Source of the DNA: Candidatus Pacearchaeota archaeon ex4484_31
GTDB taxonomy: Archaea; Nanobdellota; Nanobdellia; Pacearchaeales; UBA284
Assembly (NCBI GenBank): GCA_002254805.1
Contig: NJDW01000001.1
Coordinates: 1-24,013, forward strand
Length of the DNA stretch: 24,013 nt
Reading direction: 5' to 3'
The position numbers were made by a program, and so were the translations under genes. Of this stretch, positions 8,128-16,320 are shown piece by piece. The first letter of the stretch is position 1, and every line of letters starts with the position of its first letter. Below the pieces are notes generated by a model. It had not been told where the DNA came from, searched no databases, and saw only the letters and a program-made list of their open reading frames with translations.

Positions 8128-9297
8128 ATGCTAAACATATTCCTCTTCCTTGCCTTAGTCTTCATTTTTACATTTATAATTGGCAGGATAATAGAAAAAA
8201 TACATATTCCATGGGTTTTTGCAGCACTGATCTTAGGCTCTTTACTGGCTTTTAAAAACCCTTTCAGCTCTGTTACATCTTCCCAAAGTTTTGTTTTTCT
8301 TGCTCAACTAGGAATGTATTTTTTACTTTTTGTCATAGGATTTGAAATAGATCTGAAAGAAATGAAAAAAAAGAGCAAGTTTATTTTTAAAGCCACATTT
8401 TTCATCATCCTTTTTGAAGCATTGTTTGGTTCCTTACTTTTACATTTTGTTTTTGGTTATGGATGGCTCATTTCTTGTTTGGTTGCTTTGTCATTCGCTA
8501 CAGTGGGTGAGGCGATGCTTGTTCCTATTTTAGACAAATTTAAAGTAATAAAAACAAAGCTTGGACAAACATTGATAGGAATAGGAGCCATAGATGACAT
8601 AATAGAAATAGTAGTACTGATTTCAGTTATCGGACTTATCGGTTTACAATCCCAAACACGTTTGAACGTAAGCTTGAATTTCATTTCCTTATTTTTCTTG
8701 TTTTTGCTAACCATATTTTTTATCAACTTCAAGAAAAAAGGGAAAAAGTTTGGTTTCCAAAGTATAGAAACACTCTTCCTATTTTCACTTTTCGTCCTTT
8801 TCCTGTTCTTAGGAGTAGGAAAGTACTCTGAATCAACAGCACTAGCAGCTTTGCTTGCTGGACTTAGTTTAAAGACATTCATTCCAAAAGAAAGGCTAAG
8901 GCTTATAGAAAAAGAAATAAAAAGTGTTTGTTATGGGTTGTTTGCTCCTCTCTTTTTCTTATGGGTAGGGTTAACAATGAACATCAACTATTTGGTTATC
9001 CATCCTTTACTGGTTCTTGTTGTTATGCTAGTTTCTAATGGAACAAAAATATTTAGCAGTTATTTGATAGGAAAAAAAGAGCTAGGAACAAAAAAATCAA
9101 TATTGCTTGGGATAGGCCTTTCTGTTAGGTTCAGCACAAGCCTTATCATCATAAAGATTTTGTTTGAAAATGGTTTGATAGGTTCTGGACTATATTCGGT
9201 TTTGATAGCTTCAAGCATCTTACAAAAATTTATTGTTCCATTGCTTTTCTCTAACCTTCTTGTAAGATGGAAGATAGCAAGAAAGCATAAAAGCTAG
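8128..9297 (+). CDS. Cation:proton antiporter (CPA2, NapA-like)
   Basis: About 12-13 hydrophobic segments, LFVIGFEIDL, SFAT, and the conserved DD motif AIDDI. Confidence 0.88.
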   Translation: MLNIFLFLALVFIFTFIIGRIIEKIHIPWVFAALILGSLLAFKNPFSSVTSSQSFVFLAQLGMYFLLFVIGFEIDLKEMKKKSKFIFKATFFIILFEALFGSLLLHFVFGYGWLISCLVALSFATVGEAMLVPILDKFKVIKTKLGQTLIGIGAIDDIIEIVVLISVIGLIGLQSQTRLNVSLNFISLFFLFLLTIFFINFKKKGKKFGFQSIETLFLFSLFVLFLFLGVGKYSESTALAALLAGLSLKTFIPKERLRLIEKEIKSVCYGLFAPLFFLWVGLTMNINYLVIHPLLVLVVMLVSNGTKIFSSYLIGKKELGTKKSILLGIGLSVRFSTSLIIIKILFENGLIGSGLYSVLIASSILQKFIVPLLFSNLLVRWKIARKHKS

Positions 9298-10568
9298 TAA
9301 TAAATTTTTTTCCATCTTTCCAAAGCAAGTTTAAGCTCTTTCTGTTTTTTTGCAGCTTCTTCTAACGGAATTCCTTCTAACGCTGCATTCACTGCTTGTC
9401 TTACAGCTCTTGCTCCAGATTCTGTACCTAAAGGATGGCCATGGATTCCACCACCAAATTGCAAAACAATGTTTTTTCCAAGCCTTTTTATCAAGTAAGG
9501 AACATGGCCTGGATGCAAGCCTCCTGAACAAACAGCAAACATAGGCTTTATATGAAACCATTTCTGTTCAAGAATATGGCCGGCTTTATCACTCACTATG
9601 ATACTTTCTTCTATTTCTTGATCTATGGCAACAACTTCCCTTTTTGGTGTATCCATTTTTCCGACGATTGTTCCTATATGAAGTTGATCCAAGCCGATAA
9701 GCCTTGCTATCTTAGCGATAACCAACATACTTATCCCATGTCTTGGATTTCTGCTTAATGCAGCATAACCTGCTCTATGAGCATGTAAAACTAAGCTTAA
9801 ACTTTCATTTTCTTCCCTTAGGGTTTGTAAAGAACTCCATCCTGCAGTAATTATGTCTACCATAACATAGGTTCCGTTATTTTCTTTAACAAACCTAGCT
9901 CTTCTTAACATCTCCTCTGTTTCAGCTGTTATGTTTGGTAGATAAGCCTTTCTTTCTCCTGTCTCTCTTTCAGCTTTTTCTTTCAGTTTTAAAGTTTCAA
10001 CTACCCTTTTTTTAAATTGGTTAAACTTTTGGTTTGTTAAGTTTTCATCATCCTTAACCAGATCACAGCCACCTATCCAAGCTTGGTAAGCTCTTTTTGC
10101 ATGTTCTCTTGCAGTTAACCCAAGTTTTGGCTTTATTATCGTTCCAACCAAAGGTCTTTCCTTAACCTTCAACAATTTTCTTACTCCAGGAATTCCAAAA
10201 AGAGGGCCTTTAAATTCCCTTACAATTTTTTTAGGAAAGCTTACATCCAAAAGCTTCAATGCCTTTATTTCTTTCATCCCAAAAACGTTTCCAGCTACAG
10301 AACTAAGAATCTGAGGAACATTACTTGGTTCAAAGAGTTGTAATGGATAGGCTATCTTTATGTAATTTCCTTTTATGGAAAAAACCTTTGCACTAATTTT
10401 CTTTACTCTTTCTGGTGCTTTTACTTCAGTCCACGTGCCTGTACTGCTTTCTGAAGCAACAGCTCCAGCAGCTTCCTCAATGCTTTTGGATGGTTTAACA
10501 TAAAATTCACAAATTAGATCATCTTTTTCTGGTCTATATTTTAAATCAACATAGTCCGTGTATTCCAT
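9294..10568 (-). CDS. rbcL: Form III ribulose-1,5-bisphosphate carboxylase large subunit
   Basis: All catalytic motifs intact: ASESSTGTW, AGNVFGM, GTIIKPKLGL, carbamylation motif DLVKDDENL, LHAHRA, DQLHIGT, VGKM, SGGLHPG, QFGGGIHGHP. Length (424 aa) and N-terminus are form III-like. Confidence 0.95.
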   Translation of the reverse strand: MEYTDYVDLKYRPEKDDLICEFYVKPSKSIEEAAGAVASESSTGTWTEVKAPERVKKISAKVFSIKGNYIKIAYPLQLFEPSNVPQILSSVAGNVFGMKEIKALKLLDVSFPKKIVREFKGPLFGIPGVRKLLKVKERPLVGTIIKPKLGLTAREHAKRAYQAWIGGCDLVKDDENLTNQKFNQFKKRVVETLKLKEKAERETGERKAYLPNITAETEEMLRRARFVKENNGTYVMVDIITAGWSSLQTLREENESLSLVLHAHRAGYAALSRNPRHGISMLVIAKIARLIGLDQLHIGTIVGKMDTPKREVVAIDQEIEESIIVSDKAGHILEQKWFHIKPMFAVCSGGLHPGHVPYLIKRLGKNIVLQFGGGIHGHPLGTESGARAVRQAVNAALEGIPLEEAAKKQKELKLALERWKKIYY

Positions 10569-10590
10569 TTTTTTAAGAAAAAAATTTATC

Positions 10591-10620
10591 TTAATAAATC
10601 TTTTCCCATAAGCTTAAAAA
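10591..10620. promoter_or_regulatory. Back-to-back divergent promoters for rbcL (-) and rgy (+)
   Basis: Minus strand GAAAAGA-TTTATTAA (10605-10591), 22 nt before the rbcL ATG. Plus strand CTTAAAAA (10613-10620), 23 nt before the rgy ATG; this is the weaker match. Confidence 0.5.
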
Positions 10621-10643
10621 AGTAATGAGTAAAAATTAATTAT

Positions 10644-13600
10644 ATGAAAGCGCTCTTTATCAACTTTTGTCCTAATTGTGGAAGCAACATCAGTGATGAA
10701 CGTTTGAGCAAGGCTAGTTTATGTAGCAAATGTCTTTCAAAACCTTTAGCTACAAACAACTACCTAAAAATTTTCAGAGAACTGAAACAAAAAGGAAAGA
10801 TAAAGCATTACTTAAAACTTTACAATTTTTTCAAGGAAAAGGAAAAAATAAAAAGGATGTATGAAAAAGTTCTTAACAATAAACCTTCTGCTTTGCAGGA
10901 AACATGGATCAATAGGGTTTTGCTTGGAAAAAGTTTTTCGATAGTTGCGCCAACAGGGATTGGAAAAACTGTTTTTGGTTTGATTACAGCAATTTATTTT
11001 GCAAGCAAAAAGAAAAAGTCTTACCTTATGTTCCCAACCAGTTTACTCGTCCAACAAGCAGAAGAAAAATTAAGAAAATTTTTGAAAAAGCTGAATCTGA
11101 ACATCAACTTTCTTGCTTATCATTCTGCTTTGAAGCAAAAGCAAAAAAAAGAAGTTTTAGATGCGATAGAAAGAAATGAATACAATATATTGATAACAAC
11201 AAACCATTTTCTTGTTAAAAATTTTGAAAAGATAAATCAAAGTTTTGATTTTGTTTTTGTTGATGATGTAGACAGCTTCTTGAAAAGTTCAAAAAACATA
11301 GATAAAATCATAAAGTTGCTTGGCGGAAACAAAGAACTTCTTGAAGTTGGAATGAAAAAGATTTCAAAAGAAAAACTAAACGCTAGGGAAGAAAAAATGC
11401 TCGAAGAAGTAAGGCAAAAACAAAAGCTTGGTCTACTTGTTTTCTCTTCTGCAACAGCAAAGCAAAGAAGAACAAAGAAGATAAGGTTATTTCGTGAGCT
11501 CTTTGGTTTTGAACTTGGTTTTAAGCCAGAGTTTCTAAGAAACATAGAAGATATTTATGTTGAAATAAAAGATGAAAGCAAGAAAGAAATTAAAGAAAAG
11601 GTTCTCGAACTTGTGAAAAAACTCGGTAATGGAGGTTTGATTTTTGTTCCTTCTGCTTTAGGAACAGAGTTTTGTAAGGAACTTGATGAATGGCTCAACA
11701 AAAAAGGTATCAAAGCATGGCATTACGAAAAGCCTGATGCGAAAATCATAGAAGAATTCAGGAAAGGAATGTTTACAGTACTTATCGGTATAGCTAGCTA
11801 CAAGAGTCCGCTTGCAAGAGGTCTTGATTTGCCAGAAACAATTCGTTATGCAATTTTCGCTGGAATTCCTCGTTCAGAAATTTCGTTAAGCATAGAAACA
11901 TACAATGCTAACAAACTTCTTGTTCTGGCTAACAGCTTGGTTGAACTTATTGAGGATAAAGAAAAAAGGCTTGAGTTAGAAAAGGTTATTGTTAAGTTAA
12001 GAAAAATAGTTCCACTAACCAAAGAACAGATAGAAGCAATAGAAAAAAATGAAATAGAAAACAGCTTTTTGAAACATGCAAAAGAAATAGTTGAAAAGGC
12101 GCAAAAAGTTTTGAAAAACCTTCTCAGTAAAGAATTTCTGGAAAAAATAAAACAAAGTAAGGAAATAAGGTTAAAGAAAGACAGGCAAGGCTTTAAGCTT
12201 GTTGTCGCAGATCCTGTAGGGTATTTACAAGCAAGCGGAAGAACCTCAAGGCTTTTTGTTAACGGTATTAGCAAAGGTCTTTCTTTGGTTGTTGTAGATG
12301 ATCAGAAAGCATTTTATGGTTTGAAGAAAAAACTAAGCTACTATACAGAGGAAGTTGAATTTAAAGAGTTTGAAAAAGGATTACTTGAAGAAATCATAAA
12401 AGAAGTTGATAAAGATAGGGAAACAATAAAAAAAGCGTTGAGCGGCAAGTTTGTCAAAGCAGAGAAGGATTTTGTTAAAACAACTCTTGTGATTGTGGAA
12501 AGTCCAACAAAGGCTAGAACAATAGCAAGGTTTTTTGGTAAGCCGAGTAAAAGAGAAATCAACGGAATCGAAGCTTTTGAAATTTCAACAGGCAAAAAAA
12601 TTCTTAGCATTGTTGCAAGTATAGGCCATCTACTAGATTTGTCTGAAAACAAAGGCTTTGATGGTGTTAAGATTGTTAAGGAAAAAGGAAAACTCATGTT
12701 TTTGCCGGTTTATGATTCGATAAAAAAATGTAAGGTTTGTAACGAACAATTTGTTGACTTTAACTATTGTCCTAGATGTAAAAGCAAAGAATTTGTTGAT
12801 AAAAGAAAGATTATCGAAGCCTTACAAAATCTTGCTCTTGAAGTTAACGAGGTTTTGATTGCTACAGATCCAGACGCAGAAGGAGAAAAAATTGCATGGG
12901 ATTTGGCCTTGCTTTTGAAACCTTTCAATGCAAACATAAAAAGAAGTGAATTTCATGAGGTGACAAGAAAAGCCTTAAAAAAGGCTTTTGAAGAAGCAAG
13001 AAAAATTGATGAAGCTTTGGTTGATGCGCAGATAGTAAGACGGATAGAAGATAGATGGATAGGTTTTGAATTAAGCAAGATTTTATGGAAAAAATTCAGA
13101 AACCATAACTTATCTGCAGGAAGAGTCCAAACTCCTGTTCTTGGCTGGATCATAGAAAGAACAAGTAAGGTAAGAGAAAAAGTTAAGGTTTTGAAAGTAA
13201 ATGTCGAAGCTTATAGCTTTACTTTCAAAGATGTTGAAATTGATGAGGCTCCTAAAAAAATAAAGGTAAAAATAGAAACAGCTGAAAAGGAAGAAACTGT
13301 AAATCCTTTACCTCCGTTTACAACAGATTCCTTACTTAAAGAAGCAAGCACATTGCTTAAATTTCCTAGTGCAAAAACCATGCAACTTGCTCAGCAGCTT
13401 TTTGAAATAGGTTTGATAACATACCATAGGACAGACTCAACACATCTAAGCAGTTATGCTATCAATCTTGCTAAGCAATGGTTTCAAGATAACAACAAAT
13501 CAGAAATTTTTCATCCAAGACAGTATGGTAAAGAAGGAACTCACGAAGCAATTAGACCAACGAAACCAATCGATGCTAAAGAGTTGGTTAGGTTAGTTTA

Positions 13601-14195
13601 TGCTGGCATACTAAGATTTCCGATAAAGTTAACCAAAGAACATCTACAGCTCTATGATTTAATTTTCAAACGCTTTGTTGCTAGTCAAGCAAAAAAAGCA
13701 ACGATAGTTAAGCAAAAAATTAAAGCAAGTATAAAGATCAATGATAAAAGTTATGTTGATGAAAAAGAAGCAATCATTGAAATTAAGGAAAAAGGATTTT
13801 ATGAATTCATCAAGCCAAGGATTCACAAACCTATCAAACCAAACATCTATGAAGCAGAAACAAAACTTTATGTTATGCCAAAAGCAAAACCATTCATGCA
13901 GGGAGATGTTATTGCATTGATGAAGGAAAAAGGAATAGGAAGGCCTTCAACTTACGCAAAAATAATGCAAACATTACTTGAAAGACAATATGTCAAAGAA
14001 ATTAAAAACTTTCTTTTCTCAACGAAGAAGGGCTTCAAGGTTTTCAACTTTCTTAATTCAAAATATCACGAGTATGTTACAGAAACTTTTACAAGAAAGC
14101 TCGAATCAGATATGGATGCCATAGAGAAAGGCAAACTAAACTATCTCGATGTTTTAAGAAATCTCTACAAAGAAGTCAGAAAATTTGCAAAATAA
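10644..14195 (+). CDS. rgy: Reverse gyrase (single chain, 1183 aa)
   Basis: N-terminal Zn finger CPNC...CSKC and SF2 helicase module (APTGIGKT, DDVD, SAT, RGLDLP, QASGRTSR). Toprim VESPTKA...ATDPDAEGE with a second Zn finger CKVC...CPRC, SAGRVQTP, catalytic Tyr in ITYHRTD, HEAIRPT and GIGRPSTY. Confidence 0.97.
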   Translation: MKALFINFCPNCGSNISDERLSKASLCSKCLSKPLATNNYLKIFRELKQKGKIKHYLKLYNFFKEKEKIKRMYEKVLNNKPSALQETWINRVLLGKSFSIVAPTGIGKTVFGLITAIYFASKKKKSYLMFPTSLLVQQAEEKLRKFLKKLNLNINFLAYHSALKQKQKKEVLDAIERNEYNILITTNHFLVKNFEKINQSFDFVFVDDVDSFLKSSKNIDKIIKLLGGNKELLEVGMKKISKEKLNAREEKMLEEVRQKQKLGLLVFSSATAKQRRTKKIRLFRELFGFELGFKPEFLRNIEDIYVEIKDESKKEIKEKVLELVKKLGNGGLIFVPSALGTEFCKELDEWLNKKGIKAWHYEKPDAKIIEEFRKGMFTVLIGIASYKSPLARGLDLPETIRYAIFAGIPRSEISLSIETYNANKLLVLANSLVELIEDKEKRLELEKVIVKLRKIVPLTKEQIEAIEKNEIENSFLKHAKEIVEKAQKVLKNLLSKEFLEKIKQSKEIRLKKDRQGFKLVVADPVGYLQASGRTSRLFVNGISKGLSLVVVDDQKAFYGLKKKLSYYTEEVEFKEFEKGLLEEIIKEVDKDRETIKKALSGKFVKAEKDFVKTTLVIVESPTKARTIARFFGKPSKREINGIEAFEISTGKKILSIVASIGHLLDLSENKGFDGVKIVKEKGKLMFLPVYDSIKKCKVCNEQFVDFNYCPRCKSKEFVDKRKIIEALQNLALEVNEVLIATDPDAEGEKIAWDLALLLKPFNANIKRSEFHEVTRKALKKAFEEARKIDEALVDAQIVRRIEDRWIGFELSKILWKKFRNHNLSAGRVQTPVLGWIIERTSKVREKVKVLKVNVEAYSFTFKDVEIDEAPKKIKVKIETAEKEETVNPLPPFTTDSLLKEASTLLKFPSAKTMQLAQQLFEIGLITYHRTDSTHLSSYAINLAKQWFQDNNKSEIFHPRQYGKEGTHEAIRPTKPIDAKELVRLVYAGILRFPIKLTKEHLQLYDLIFKRFVASQAKKATIVKQKIKASIKINDKSYVDEKEAIIEIKEKGFYEFIKPRIHKPIKPNIYEAETKLYVMPKAKPFMQGDVIALMKEKGIGRPSTYAKIMQTLLERQYVKEIKNFLFSTKKGFKVFNFLNSKYHEYVTETFTRKLESDMDAIEKGKLNYLDVLRNLYKEVRKFAK

Positions 14196-14533
14196 TTTTA
14201 CTTAGCTTTATGTAAAAAAGTCTTTCAAATTTCATCAGACGAGTATTGTTTATGTTGCTGTTGAAAGAAGTAAAAATTCCTTTCTTGCCTATCATGTTTT
14301 AGTTGTCGATATTCAAGAATTTTTTGATGTGGAATTAAAAAAATTTTTAAAGCTCGAAACTTCCTTAACTTTATTATTTTCTAAAACTGGAATTAACATT
14401 TTTCTCTTAAGATACTTTCTTCTTAATTTACCTTAATGATTAAATTAGTAACAGCTTACTGTCTTTATTTTTTCTCTTAATTTAAGTCTGTAAGTAATAT
14501 TCATCCAGTATTTGAATTTTTTAAAATTGGAGG

Positions 14534-14548
14534 CGAAAGATTTAAATA
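14534..14548 (+). promoter_or_regulatory. rRNA operon promoter (BRE/TATA)
   Basis: CGAAAGA + TTTAAATA (14541-14548). Predicted start near 14570-14573, giving a ~105-nt 5' external spacer. Confidence 0.7.
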
Positions 14549-14605
14549 GGAAATCTTTTATTTTAATTATGATGGTAATGAGTGCCTTAATGCTCAAATT
14601 AAGGT

Positions 14606-14658
14606 ATGATGTTGCAAGGGCAGGTGACTACAATGAAGCATTAAACAGTAAACACTGA
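14606..14658 (+). ncRNA. Candidate box C/D sRNA embedded in the pre-rRNA 5' leader
   Basis: C-like ATGATGT (14606-12), 11-nt guide TGCAAGGGCAG, D'-like GTGA (14624-27), 5-nt spacer, C'-like ATGAAGC (14633-39), 15-nt guide, D box CTGA (14655-58). 53 nt is a typical archaeal sRNA size. The first guide is exactly complementary to tRNA-Ala positions 27-37. Confidence 0.55.
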
Positions 14659-14676
14659 ACAGTAAGACTTTTTCTA

Positions 14677-16141
<1,465 letters not shown>

Positions 16142-16173
16142 AAAAAACAAAGAACATAGATGCTAAGAGTGAT

Positions 16174-16259
16174 GGGCCCGTAGTTCAACTGGTAGAACGC
16201 TGCCCTTGCAACATCTGCAAGAAAGGCAGAGGTTCCGTGTTCGAATCACGGCGGGTCCA
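16174..16259 (+). tRNA. tRNA-Ala(UGC) with a 13-nt intron at 37/38 (16211-16223); CCA not encoded
   Basis: Acceptor GGGCCCG/CGGGTCC with the G3:U70 alanine determinant. D arm GTTC/GAAC, anticodon stem CTGCC/GGCAG, anticodon TGC at 16207-09, T arm CCGTG-TTCGAAT-CACGG, discriminator A16259. Confidence 0.93.
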
Positions 16260-16273
16260 TCATTTATGATGAA

Positions 16274-16297
16274 ACCCATCAAAATGCTTTGATGGGT
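16274..16297 (+). other. 10-bp hairpin in the tRNA-23S spacer
   Basis: ACCCATCAAA-atgc-TTTGATGGGT, a perfect inverted repeat preceded by ATGATGA. Confidence 0.7.
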
Positions 16298-16320
16298 GGA
16301 TGTCGATCATGATGAAATGA

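Noticed and set aside
9294-10568. RuBisCO-like protein (form IV) or evidence of autotrophy
   Set aside because: All carboxylase residues are present, so it is not form IV. No phosphoribulokinase or other Calvin-cycle gene is in view, so autotrophy is unsupported.
385-13153. Many opposite-strand or nested ORFs (e.g. 385-738, 978-1271, 2032-2412, 2870-3733, 5861-6310, 8457-8882, 11846-12274)
   Set aside because: These are F/S/L-rich shadows of K/E-rich genes, fully overlapping well-supported CDSs and carrying no motifs.
14206-14436. 76-codon open frame after rgy
   Set aside because: No start codon near its 5' end, an atypical composition and no recognisable motif.
14640-14654. D-box guide targeting 23S near 18177-18186 (ACTGTTTATT)
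   Set aside because: Only 9 of 10 nt match, and the duplex does not cover the +5 position. No convincing target was found in the window.
14644-14665. AACAGTAA direct repeat in the leader as CRISPR-like or regulatory repeat
   Set aside because: Only two 8-nt copies; no array or cas genes anywhere in the window.
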